A stretch of 32,000 bases of DNA from a bacterium (GTDB lineage: Bacteria; UBP7; UBA6624; JBBIMK01), in NCBI GenBank assembly GCA_037444445.1, contig JBBIMK010000020.1:5047-37046 (forward strand), given 5' to 3'. This document shows, one piece after another, positions 7,532-16,990 of this stretch (the first letter of the stretch is position 1; each line of letters starts with the position of its first letter). The translations under genes were made by a program, and so were the position numbers. The notes beneath the pieces are model-generated. The model saw only the letters and a program-made list of their open reading frames with translations, did not search any database and was not told where the DNA came from.

Positions 7532-8974
7532 TTATTTTGAAGAAGTAACCTGAACATTTCGGAAGCGGGCCACGGGAGCACCATGCGAAACATGGGCAGA
7601 TTGCATGGGTTGACCCTTCCCGCAGGTGGGAATGCCCCAGAGTTGCCAGGTGGAGGCATCCCCTACCCCATCCATACTGCCCCAGAACCGGGGGGTGATA
7701 CCGGAGTATAGAGGGTTTTTCAGCAGGCGACCCAGTTTCCCATGGTTGATTTCTCTGGCGTATTCTGTGGCAAACTGGAAATTCAGGCGCCGGTCATCTA
7801 TGCTCCAGGATTTGTTGGTTTCCATATAGATTCCTTTCTGAACATCGGAAAGGAGTGAGTCCAGAGAAAGGGGGCCGGGCTCCAGGCTCACATTGGTCAT
7901 TCGGACCAAAGGAATGCGGTTCCAGCCATCGGCGCGCATAGCGCCGGTGCTTCGCATACCGATTTTCACAGCAGTTTCGCGGGAACTGAGAGCGTTCATT
8001 AGAATTCCATTTTGAACCAAATACACTTTTTGTGCAGGGACGCCCTCATCGTCAAATCCATAAGTTCCGAGACCTCGGGGTAAGGTGGAATCGGAGATGA
8101 TATTCATCCATTCCGAGCCATAGCGTAAGGAATGGAAATCTGTGGGTTTTACCCAGGAGCCTCCAGCAAAGGAAATTTCGGTTCCAAAGATGCGGTCCAG
8201 TTCGGTGGCATGACCCACAGATTCGTGAATTTGAAGGGCTAACTGAGAAGAACCGAGGACGAGAGTGGTGGTGAGGGTCGGACAGGGGTCTGCTGAGAGA
8301 AGTGCCACCGCTTCTTCAGCAATCCGAGAGGCATTCTCCACCAGGGAGAGTTCGTGGATGAACTCAAAGCCCGCGGTGGCTACATTGCCACCGTGATACG
8401 ATGGGTAACTGCGTCTCTGAAGTTCACCGTTTTTTAGAGCGTAGCAGGCAATTTCTCCACCGCTTTCAAGAATTTTCTGGCGGACGAATCCACTCTGATT
8501 GCTGGCGAAACAGATTTCTTTCTCCCAGAAACGGAGGGCACCTTCTGTGAGATAAATCCCATTTACCTTTGCCATCCGAGCGTGGGCTTCCTCCAGGAAA
8601 TACACCTTTTCATCCAGAGGGATTGAAAAAGGATGGATTCGGTAAGGGGTCTGATAATCTTGAGTTGCCAGAGGAGAATCATCCAGCGTGACCGGGGATT
8701 GCTGAACTTTCCGGCTGGCACGGGCAATCTTCACGGCGTTCCGAATGGTTTGTACCACCCGGGACCGGGAGAGTTCTGGACTGCAAGAAAACCCCCACGA
8801 CCCCTGAAGTAGCACACGAACGCCGAATCCCTCTGAATGCGTGCGCTCCACCGCCTCCACTTTCCCTTGCTTCGTTTCCACACCCTCAAATTGTTCCCTC
8901 TGATACCGAAAGTCAACATAGGTGGCTCCCTGACGCTCTGCCTCCTCTATAGCTACACGGGCTAAATCTTCCAT
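7532..8974 (-). CDS. tldD: TldD-family zinc metalloprotease
   Basis: 480 aa with the TldD HExxxH motif (HESVGHATELDRI) and family-typical segments (GFGVRVL, WNRIPLVRMTN, ID at the C-terminal beta-domain). Confidence 0.88.
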   Translation of the reverse strand: MEDLARVAIEEAERQGATYVDFRYQREQFEGVETKQGKVEAVERTHSEGFGVRVLLQGSWGFSCSPELSRSRVVQTIRNAVKIARASRKVQQSPVTLDDSPLATQDYQTPYRIHPFSIPLDEKVYFLEEAHARMAKVNGIYLTEGALRFWEKEICFASNQSGFVRQKILESGGEIACYALKNGELQRRSYPSYHGGNVATAGFEFIHELSLVENASRIAEEAVALLSADPCPTLTTTLVLGSSQLALQIHESVGHATELDRIFGTEISFAGGSWVKPTDFHSLRYGSEWMNIISDSTLPRGLGTYGFDDEGVPAQKVYLVQNGILMNALSSRETAVKIGMRSTGAMRADGWNRIPLVRMTNVSLEPGPLSLDSLLSDVQKGIYMETNKSWSIDDRRLNFQFATEYAREINHGKLGRLLKNPLYSGITPRFWGSMDGVGDASTWQLWGIPTCGKGQPMQSAHVSHGAPVARFRNVQVTSSK

Positions 8975-9783
8975 GATTCACTGACCTCCTTAGGTGGTGG
9001 AAATTCCTCCCTTTCATCTCCCATGGGTTTTTGCCAGGGTTTTTCTTGATGATAAATGTATAAACTGACTCCCTGTGATAGATTGTGTCGGAGGAATTCC
9101 TTGATGGTTTCTACCTGTGTTTCATCATGATGGATTTGAATTCGCCTCCCGGTTGGGAGAAAAAATTGATGAATGATGATGTCACCGGCGAAAATAAAAA
9201 GATTTTTGTCCTCCACAGGAGCGAATAATCTCTTTTGCCGGTGGTGAACAATTACCATCTGATGACCTGGAGTGTGGCCCCCGGTGGGAAGCAGAGTGAT
9301 GGAAGAAGTGAGGTGAACTCTTCCATGACCCCAGGAGATGGCAGGATGGTGAGAAAGAAACTCATAAATTTTTTTATGGGGATAAATGAAAGAAGGGGTG
9401 GATTTTTTCACAGAAGCGGTTTTTTCAAGAGCATATTGAATCTCTTGCTTCTGGATGTAATGAGTGGCTCTGGAAAATACGAGGCGGTGAGGAGTGGAAA
9501 GCCAGCCGATGTGGTCGAAATGAAGATGAGAAAGGATAACTGCATCTATCTTTTCCGGCGTGAGTCCATAAAGCAGGAGATTTTCCAGCAAGTCTTCCTG
9601 GCGTTGAACTTGAAAGGTATTCAGAATTTCTGAAGGCACCTGTGGACCCAATCCCGCATCCACCAGGAAGTTTCCATCTACAGAGCGGATGAGAAGGGGG
9701 TGAATAAAAACGCTTCTATCCGATGTTTTCAACGCACCATCGGTTAACTCAATAAAATCTCCCACAGTGGTGAGCCAGTGCAC
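8962..9783 (-). CDS. Metallo-beta-lactamase-fold hydrolase
   Basis: HxHxDH motif (SHLHFDHIGW), a later GGHTPGH motif and downstream His/Asp ligand candidates. Its stop overlaps the tldD start by 13 nt. Confidence 0.85.
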   Translation of the reverse strand: MHWLTTVGDFIELTDGALKTSDRSVFIHPLLIRSVDGNFLVDAGLGPQVPSEILNTFQVQRQEDLLENLLLYGLTPEKIDAVILSHLHFDHIGWLSTPHRLVFSRATHYIQKQEIQYALEKTASVKKSTPSFIYPHKKIYEFLSHHPAISWGHGRVHLTSSITLLPTGGHTPGHQMVIVHHRQKRLFAPVEDKNLFIFAGDIIIHQFFLPTGRRIQIHHDETQVETIKEFLRHNLSQGVSLYIYHQEKPWQKPMGDEREEFPPPKEVSESWKI

Positions 9784-9796
9784 TATTATAATTTTA

Positions 9797-11101
9797 TCAC
9801 GGCAACGGGTTGTCCCTCAGAATATCCACTGGAAGGGGAGTGAAGGGGGGAACAACTTTAGGACGAAGGGCTTTCATGTGTTTAACAAAAGCAAAAACGG
9901 CGTAGGGGTCAGACGGATACCGGTTTGAAATTCCCAGGGGATGAACTTTTCCGTGAGCCGAAAGAAGATGAAGCCAATCTTTCAGGGGGACCGTGTCAGG
10001 AGAACGGGCAAATGACGGCACTAAAGCAAGATAAATCGTCTGGAATGAGAGCCCCTCCAAAAAATGAGTTAAAAAGTTATAACTGTCTGTGCAGTTGAAA
10101 GGGAGCCATAGGCCGGGTGTCCGGGAGGCACGATTGGTGTAAGGGTCTATATAGGTAAAGCAATCTATGAGGATATTCTGGGAGGAGAAGAGGCGGGTAT
10201 AAAGGAAATAGACGAGCACGCTTAAAGGTTCTAAAGAGGGATGAGAAAGGTTCACCAGTGGGATGTGGTGCCGGGAAGCGAATTGGTGAGTGTCTTCTAC
10301 AAAGGCAGTTGGAGTGCCCCATTCAGACTCCGGTCCTTCTTCCACGGGATAGAGCAGTGGATACTCTTTCAAAAAGGTATCCGGTGAAATCCCACCCAAT
10401 CCTCCGATTTGAAAAATGAGGTTATCCGCGATTCGGTAATATCTCCAGAGATAATGGATGTTAAGCAGGATCAGGCTTCCCTTCGGGGCAAGGTGAGAAC
10501 GGATGAAATTCTGATATGCACCGGGTAAACGGGAAAATTTCAGGCGAAGATGAGTGAGATACTTTACGAGGAAAGCATCGTGGACGGGGTCAAAGTGAAG
10601 GACGATTTCCACATTGGAATGATTTTTCAAAATCTGGTCAGCCCACTGGCTACCCAATCGGAGGACTTCCTGAACAGCGGATAACGGTTTGTGATGCTGA
10701 ATGCTCAGGAGGAAATGGGTGGTGAGGAGAGGCGCAGAGAGGAGAGCGGACAAGTGTGCGGCGGCACCCGAAGGCGCACCGACCAGTATCGCCGGATAAA
10801 GCCGGGCTGGATACTGAGACACGCACCATTCTGCAAAATTTTCCGCATTCACTTTTGGAATCACTGCAGGAGGAAGCCCCCGCCCTGAAACTCCCAGTTC
10901 TATACCCCGAATGCGATAGGCTTCAGGGAAACAGGAGAGAAGTTTCAACAGAGGGGCGGTGCCTGAAGGATAGGCTTCACTAACCCGGAAGGATTCTCCT
11001 CGCAGGGCTGAGGCAGAGGCTTTGACAGCGATAAGAGAAGAATCCAGAGGCTCTAAATACTTTTCAATATCTGAACTTTCCGCTTTCATGGCAGGGTTCA
11101 T
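9797..11101 (-). CDS. Hypothetical protein (434 aa); I recognise no family
   Basis: Long ORF with 12-13 nt spacing to both neighbours in a co-directional gene string. No signal peptide, TM segment or catalytic motif that I can name. Confidence 0.7.
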   Translation of the reverse strand: MNPAMKAESSDIEKYLEPLDSSLIAVKASASALRGESFRVSEAYPSGTAPLLKLLSCFPEAYRIRGIELGVSGRGLPPAVIPKVNAENFAEWCVSQYPARLYPAILVGAPSGAAAHLSALLSAPLLTTHFLLSIQHHKPLSAVQEVLRLGSQWADQILKNHSNVEIVLHFDPVHDAFLVKYLTHLRLKFSRLPGAYQNFIRSHLAPKGSLILLNIHYLWRYYRIADNLIFQIGGLGGISPDTFLKEYPLLYPVEEGPESEWGTPTAFVEDTHQFASRHHIPLVNLSHPSLEPLSVLVYFLYTRLFSSQNILIDCFTYIDPYTNRASRTPGLWLPFNCTDSYNFLTHFLEGLSFQTIYLALVPSFARSPDTVPLKDWLHLLSAHGKVHPLGISNRYPSDPYAVFAFVKHMKALRPKVVPPFTPLPVDILRDNPLP

Positions 11102-11113
11102 GGCGTCGGATGG

Positions 11114-12328
11114 TCAGGCGCAGAACCGATTCAATTTTCCAGCGTGTGCCAGGAGCACCGTCATCAGTTCAGGCCCCCGAAGGTGTCCCAGTCCACCCCA
11201 TAGACAGGCAGATTCAGAGAAGTGAAGGGTAGAATCGCGGCGGGCATTTTTTGCCCACAGCAGCACAGGCACAGGGTGCCAGGAATGAGATTTCATAAGA
11301 GCAGGCGTAGAATGGTCGCCCGTAATTACCATCACATCCGGTTGTTTTTGCAAGATAGCCGGTAGAAGAGCATCTATTTTTTCAATTTCCTGAACTTTTC
11401 TGGCAAAGTTTCCGTCCTCGCCATAAGAGTCCGTTTTCTTAAAGTGGAGATAAAAAAAATCGTATGATGGAGAATCCCAGGCAGATTGGAATGCTCGGAT
11501 TTCGTCCTCCGGAGCTTCTCCATCCACGGGAATGCATTTCATGCCCACCAGCTGAGCAATTCCCCTGTAAGCAGGATAAATAGCGATGGCGGCTGGCGTC
11601 AGGTGGAAAAGTTCCTTCATGCCCGGGATGCGGGGCAGGTTATCTATTCCCCGGAGCAGGATAAAATTGGCAGGATGCTCTCCCTTCAGGATTTCCTGAC
11701 AGGAAGAAACGAAAGAATTCACAACCCGCGCGGCTTTTTCACCCTCGGGTGTTAGAGGATAGGAAGGGAGGAAAGGTTTCATGGTTTCCTGCGGGTCCGT
11801 GTCCGTTAAAGGACCATTTAGGTTATCACCGTGAAAAATGGCGCAAAAGCGGTGCTCATATCCGGAGAGTAGACTGATTTTCACATCTTGAATTTGAGGA
11901 ATGCTGGAAGAAATTTTGGTGAGGAGTTGTCGGTTCAACTCCGTGGAAATGCGCCCCGCGCGGCGGTCTGTTACAAGATTATTGGGTCCCAGAGTACAAA
12001 AGTTGCCTCGGGCGTATAAATCTCCCCTTTGGGGAAGGTATCCCAGACCGAGGGCTTCCACGGGTCCACGCAGGATGCGATATGAAAATGGGTCATAGCC
12101 GAAGAGAGATAGGTGGCCTGAAATACTACCGGGGGTAATGCCCGGTGCCACAGGTTCCCAGAGTCCACATACCCCTTCTCTTGCCAGTTGGTCCATATGG
12201 GGTTTCCGGGCAGATTCCAGTTCTGTTTTCCCGGCACCGCCTAACCCTCCTACTCCATCCAGAACGACCAGAACAATGCGAGCGGGTGTCTTTTTCACCA
12301 GGTTCCGGAGAATTTCCATCCCACCCAT
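11114..12328 (-). CDS. apgM: Cofactor-independent phosphoglycerate mutase, archaeal type (ApgM; alkaline-phosphatase superfamily)
   Basis: N-terminal metal site RIVLVVLDGVGG, C-terminal VITGDHSTP and a length of ~400 aa match the ApgM pattern. Confidence 0.8.
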   Translation of the reverse strand: MGGMEILRNLVKKTPARIVLVVLDGVGGLGGAGKTELESARKPHMDQLAREGVCGLWEPVAPGITPGSISGHLSLFGYDPFSYRILRGPVEALGLGYLPQRGDLYARGNFCTLGPNNLVTDRRAGRISTELNRQLLTKISSSIPQIQDVKISLLSGYEHRFCAIFHGDNLNGPLTDTDPQETMKPFLPSYPLTPEGEKAARVVNSFVSSCQEILKGEHPANFILLRGIDNLPRIPGMKELFHLTPAAIAIYPAYRGIAQLVGMKCIPVDGEAPEDEIRAFQSAWDSPSYDFFYLHFKKTDSYGEDGNFARKVQEIEKIDALLPAILQKQPDVMVITGDHSTPALMKSHSWHPVPVLLWAKNARRDSTLHFSESACLWGGLGHLRGPELMTVLLAHAGKLNRFCA

Positions 12329-12381
12329 TCATTATACCTGAAACCGTATTTTCATAGTAAGATAAAATCAGGTGATAGGGG

Positions 12382-15300
12382 GTGGAGAAAATGCGTTGGG
12401 GTGAAAAACGAGGATTTTTCTGGAGAATCTTCGGATTCACGCTCACTGCGATTCTCCTTACGAGAACAGAAGTTTTTGCATCTTCAGAGCCAGTTTATCA
12501 TCAACTGACTGTTATGTTAAATCCTTCCAGGCACTGGTTGAGTGGCGCGGATAAAATTGTCCTGCCACGAGAAAGTCGCACTACCACCCGGTTCCGTCTG
12601 AATTCCGGACTGGATGTGAAAAAACTCCTGTTGGAAGGTGTGGATATGACGAAAAAAATAGTGAAACTGAATTCAGATAAAAGGTATATGGAATATCAGG
12701 TTCCCTTACCTCCAAAGGCATTGAAGGAAGACCTTCTTGCTCTGGAAGTCGTTTATGAAGGAGAAATCTACGACCCGGTGAAATCGGATAAGGAACTGTC
12801 GTTTGTTATCGGCGACCGCACGACCGGCTTGATTGGTGAAGAAGGAATTTTTCTCACAGGTGAAACAGGATGGTATCCCCGATTTGACTATTCACTGGAG
12901 ATTTACCGGCTACGAGCCAGGGTTCCCACTCCATGGGTGATTGTTTCTCAGGGTCAGGAAGTCAAGCAATCCCGAAGCGGTAAAAATCTGGAATATATCT
13001 TTTCATCAGATATTCCAGCAGATAGCCTGACGCTGGTGGGTGGAAAATATAAGGTTCATTCTCGCATGGCGGGCTCCGTTGCGGTCTCCACTTACTTTTT
13101 TGAGGAAGAGGAATCGCTTTCAGATTTATTCTTAAATAAAACAGCGGAATACCTGGAGAAATTCTCCGGGATTCTCACTCCGTATCCTTATAAAAAATTT
13201 GATATTGTAGAGAATTTCTTCACCACCGGGTATGGATTTCCATCCTTCACTTTATTGGGGAGAGATGTGATTCGGATGGGGGAACGGGCATTACGCCCCG
13301 GATATTTAGACCATGAAATCGTGCACTGTTGGTTTGGAAATTATGTCTATTTTCCGCCAGGGGAAGGAAACTGGGTGGAAGGCTTGACCACTTACATTGC
13401 CAATTATTACACCCAGGAACTGGAAAGCCCTGAAAAGGCACGCGAATACCGCAAAGGTATCTCTCTCAAGTATTCTCTTCGCGTGTCGGAAAAAAAAGAT
13501 TATCCGGTCCGAAAATTTGAGGGGAAAGAAGAGGATTATGAAAATGACATCGGCTACGGAAAGGCGAGCATGATTTTCCATCTTTTACGGGATATGACGG
13601 GGGATGAAGAGTTCTTTTATGCCTTGAGAGAATTCATTGGCCGATATGGCGGAAAATACGCCACCTGGGAAGAGATAAAAAAGGTCTTTGAGGAGTCTAT
13701 GCGAGGAGAGATTCCCTGGTTCTTTCACCAATGGTTAGACCGTGCTGGCCTGCCTCAACTCCAGCTTCAGGATGTTCAACTAAAAAAAATAGGGAGCGAG
13801 GAAGAAGGTCAGTCGTCACACAGGGAATATCTCATTCAGGGCAAAATTGTTCAAGTCGGTGAACCCTATATTCTGCCCGTGACATTACGCATTCAATTGA
13901 CCGGGGGGTATCAGGATTTTACCCTCTGGGTGGACAAACAGGAAGTTCCCTTTCAGTATTTCGTAAGGAGTAGGCCTGTGAAAGTGGAGTTGGACCCGGA
14001 TTTTGTGATCCCTCGCAAAATCCCCGGGTCAGAAATCCCTCCCTCTTTGAATTTCACCCTTGAATCCGGGCCTTTGAAGATTGTTCTACCGGGGAAAATG
14101 AGTGAAAAAGCCAGAACTCAGTATCAGGCTATTGCTGAGCGTGCTCATCAATTTAAGGGGGGAGTGATTTCACAGGATTCGGAAATCTCAGAGGAAGGAT
14201 TGGGAGACTTCTCATTTTTGGTTCTGGGCTCACCTTCAGAAAATACTTTTCTTCAGAAGATTTTACAGAAATATGCTGATGAACGAGTAAAACTGGAGGA
14301 GCGGGGATTTCAGATTCAGGGAAAATCCCACTCGGATGCCGGCGAGAGTGTGTTGATTTCTTTCAGAAATCCATCGGGTTCTCAGCACTCAATCACGGTG
14401 TATTACGGTCTTTCGGATGAAGCGATAGGGAAGGCCCGTCTGATTTTTTACTACGGCTGGGAAAGCTGGGTAATCTTTCAAAACGGCACACCGGCGGAAA
14501 GAGGCACCTGGGAAGTTCTTTCACCCACAACTGACTTTACATTTTCATTTCAGCCCTCTCAAGAAATTAGCGGAGAAAATTTAGAAAAAACATTGAATAG
14601 TTTAACGGCTCCTGAAATGGAGGGTAGAATGGCAGGTTCACCGGGAGCAGAGATAGCCGCTTCATTCATCCAAAATTTTTTGACGGAATCTCAACCGTTT
14701 CAAATCACGGTGAAAGACTTGGCACCGGATTCTTTGTTCAAAATTGGACGGAAGGGAAGCCTGCAGTCCATTCTATTTTATCCCTTCTATTTTTCACCGG
14801 AAACTGGAGATAGTCCTCTGGATTTCAACCGTCTCTTCTATGCAGGCTATGGAAGCGACACAAAGGATTTCAATAAAGATGCAGAGGGGGCGCTGGTTCT
14901 GATTGAGGATGGATTCCCTCCTGGTTCCGTTACTTCTATGGAAGACTCCCCGAAGGCTTTATTCAGCAAGATACGGAGGGCGCAGGAGCAAGGCGCTCAG
15001 GGTGTTCTGCTTTTACTGCCGGATACATCTACTACTTTTCCCTCGTCCATGATTTCTTTCCCATCCCGATTATCGCCCCCTGATGAGAATAAGCGAAGAG
15101 AAGAGGAAAGGGCTGGAGAGGGAAAGGATTTACGCCTGAAAGTGATCAGTGAGCATTCTCGTATGCCCTCCCCTGATTTTCCACTTCAAATCCCGGTCTT
15201 GGCTGTGGAAAAAAAACGGATTCTGCCTGTGCTTCCTGCCCTGGTGAAGGGAGTGTTAAAAAATCGGGTTGCAGAATTGAAAATTCACTTTACCCGGGAA

Positions 15301-15948
15301 TCAATTCCCTGTAAGAATTTGCTCGCAATACTGCCAGGGAGCGACCCTGAAAAGACAAATGAATCTATTGTGATTGGGGCTCACTATGACCACCTGGGAA
15401 TGAATAATCGGAAAGAACCCTATCCGGGGGCAGTGGATAATGCCTCCGGAATCGCCGCTCTGCTGGAACTGTATCGCTTATTTGTAGAAAACCCTGTAAA
15501 GCCGAAAAAATCCCTTATTTTCGTGGCGTTTGACGGAGAGGAATGGGGGCTTCAGGGCTCTTCCTATTTCACCGAAAATTTTCCTGACCTTTCAAAAGTG
15601 GCCCTCATGCTCAATATAGATTCCATTGCTGGAACTTCCGAGAAAAGCGTTTATCTCATCGGTCAGTCTTATTTCCAGGATGTCGCCTATGCAATCAAGG
15701 AAAAGGCTTCACAGATGGGCTTTGAGATAAAAGAGGATATTGACCGTTATGCCTATCAATTCGGAAGTGACTTCTACCCATTTTACTTGAAAAAGATTCC
15801 GGCGGTCGGTTTTTTTGACGCCAACTATCGGAGTATCCATAAAGTTACTGACACGTTAGCCCGGGTCTCTCTGGAGAAACTGAAGCAACTTGTCCTTTTC
15901 TTTTATGAAATCATCTACGATTTTGCAAACGACCCCCTAACACAATAA
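12382..15948 (+). CDS. Secreted two-peptidase fusion: M1 (gluzincin) domain + PA domain + M28 aminopeptidase domain
   Basis: Signal/TM segment FFWRIFGFTLTAILL. M1 signature HEIVH-x18-E (His codon at 13312, Glu at 13378; WVEGLTTY). The C-terminal part has a PA-like insert (ALVLIEDG...GAQGVLLL) and M28 ligand motifs GAHYDHLG, VDNASGIAALLEL, FDGEEWGLQGS, LNIDSI and IHKVTDT. Confidence 0.85.
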   Translation: MEKMRWGEKRGFFWRIFGFTLTAILLTRTEVFASSEPVYHQLTVMLNPSRHWLSGADKIVLPRESRTTTRFRLNSGLDVKKLLLEGVDMTKKIVKLNSDKRYMEYQVPLPPKALKEDLLALEVVYEGEIYDPVKSDKELSFVIGDRTTGLIGEEGIFLTGETGWYPRFDYSLEIYRLRARVPTPWVIVSQGQEVKQSRSGKNLEYIFSSDIPADSLTLVGGKYKVHSRMAGSVAVSTYFFEEEESLSDLFLNKTAEYLEKFSGILTPYPYKKFDIVENFFTTGYGFPSFTLLGRDVIRMGERALRPGYLDHEIVHCWFGNYVYFPPGEGNWVEGLTTYIANYYTQELESPEKAREYRKGISLKYSLRVSEKKDYPVRKFEGKEEDYENDIGYGKASMIFHLLRDMTGDEEFFYALREFIGRYGGKYATWEEIKKVFEESMRGEIPWFFHQWLDRAGLPQLQLQDVQLKKIGSEEEGQSSHREYLIQGKIVQVGEPYILPVTLRIQLTGGYQDFTLWVDKQEVPFQYFVRSRPVKVELDPDFVIPRKIPGSEIPPSLNFTLESGPLKIVLPGKMSEKARTQYQAIAERAHQFKGGVISQDSEISEEGLGDFSFLVLGSPSENTFLQKILQKYADERVKLEERGFQIQGKSHSDAGESVLISFRNPSGSQHSITVYYGLSDEAIGKARLIFYYGWESWVIFQNGTPAERGTWEVLSPTTDFTFSFQPSQEISGENLEKTLNSLTAPEMEGRMAGSPGAEIAASFIQNFLTESQPFQITVKDLAPDSLFKIGRKGSLQSILFYPFYFSPETGDSPLDFNRLFYAGYGSDTKDFNKDAEGALVLIEDGFPPGSVTSMEDSPKALFSKIRRAQEQGAQGVLLLLPDTSTTFPSSMISFPSRLSPPDENKRREEERAGEGKDLRLKVISEHSRMPSPDFPLQIPVLAVEKKRILPVLPALVKGVLKNRVAELKIHFTRESIPCKNLLAILPGSDPEKTNESIVIGAHYDHLGMNNRKEPYPGAVDNASGIAALLELYRLFVENPVKPKKSLIFVAFDGEEWGLQGSSYFTENFPDLSKVALMLNIDSIAGTSEKSVYLIGQSYFQDVAYAIKEKASQMGFEIKEDIDRYAYQFGSDFYPFYLKKIPAVGFFDANYRSIHKVTDTLARVSLEKLKQLVLFFYEIIYDFANDPLTQ

Positions 15949-15951
15949 AAC

Positions 15952-16983
15952 ATGGAGGAGAAGATGGAGGAAGAAATAAAAGAAATAGTGAAAGAATGGG
16001 GTGTGTCCGGGTATGAGAACCCGATTCGCACTTTGCTGTATCACAAGGTGGAGGATATGGGCAAGATTCGGGTGGATCCGGTGGGAAATTTGTGGCTGAC
16101 TCTCGGGAAAGGGGAAAAGAGGGTGGCATTCCTGGCACACCTGGATGAGTTGGGGCTGGTGGTTTCCAGATTGACCTCCCAGGGAACAGCGAAATTTAAG
16201 AAAGTAGGCGGGATAGATGACCGAACTTTACCCGGTCGGCATGTGGAACTTCTCACGAGCAAAAATCGGGTTCTGGAAGGGGTGATTGGGCTTCCCCCTC
16301 CCCATCTTATGGTGGACCCACCTTCCGAGATGAATAAGGTTATTCCCTGGCAGGATATGGAGGTGTACTTTGGAGTGAACAGTAAAAAAGCCTTAACAGA
16401 GTTAGGGGTTTCCGTTCTTGACCCCTTGCGGGTCAAGAAAGATTTCTTCTCGCTACCTAACGAGCAGATTGTCTGCCGGGGCATGGATGACCGGATAGGG
16501 TGTTATATCCTGCTGGAATTGGCGCGAAAAACCTCAAAATGGAAGTTAAACTTTCAATTGGATATAGTCTGGACGGTTCAGGAGGAGTACGGGCTACGAG
16601 GTGCTCGGGCTGTGGCACGAAATACTTTTGATGAAGTGTATGTTCTGGACACGATTTCTTCCACTCAGGGCTGTGGGGCTTCCATCCCTTATACGGAAAT
16701 TTTTTTGGGGCAGGGGCCGGTTGTCCGCTTCATAGACCGTGCTGGAATTTCTTCCCCAGCGCTGATGGAAAAAGTGAAGAAGGTAGCGAAAAAGGCCCAA
16801 ATTCCTTTACAGCGTGCAGTGAGTGGGGGCACCACCGATGCTACGGCTGTATTTGAAGGGGGTTCCCCCGCAATCTCCATTGGCATTCCCATAGCCTATA
16901 CGCACAGTGCAGTAGAAATTTGCAGTTTGAAAGATGTAAAAAATACGCTGCGCCTTTGTGGACGCTTGCTGGAAACTTTTTAA
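15952..16983 (+). CDS. M42-family aminopeptidase (TET/FrvX/YsdC-like)
   Basis: Motifs AHLDELG, GMDDRIGC, VQEEYGLRGA, TTDA and a C-terminal HS...E. It starts 3 nt after the upstream fusion peptidase gene. Confidence 0.85.
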   Translation: MEEKMEEEIKEIVKEWGVSGYENPIRTLLYHKVEDMGKIRVDPVGNLWLTLGKGEKRVAFLAHLDELGLVVSRLTSQGTAKFKKVGGIDDRTLPGRHVELLTSKNRVLEGVIGLPPPHLMVDPPSEMNKVIPWQDMEVYFGVNSKKALTELGVSVLDPLRVKKDFFSLPNEQIVCRGMDDRIGCYILLELARKTSKWKLNFQLDIVWTVQEEYGLRGARAVARNTFDEVYVLDTISSTQGCGASIPYTEIFLGQGPVVRFIDRAGISSPALMEKVKKVAKKAQIPLQRAVSGGTTDATAVFEGGSPAISIGIPIAYTHSAVEICSLKDVKNTLRLCGRLLETF

Positions 16984-16990
16984 CTTGTCT

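Noticed and set aside
15740-15800. Possible inactivation of the M28 domain because SDH reads SDF (GSDFYPF).
   Set aside because: The zinc-ligand His of the family appears to be the later one in IHKVTDT, which is present, and the other ligand motifs are intact. There is no basis to call the domain inactive.
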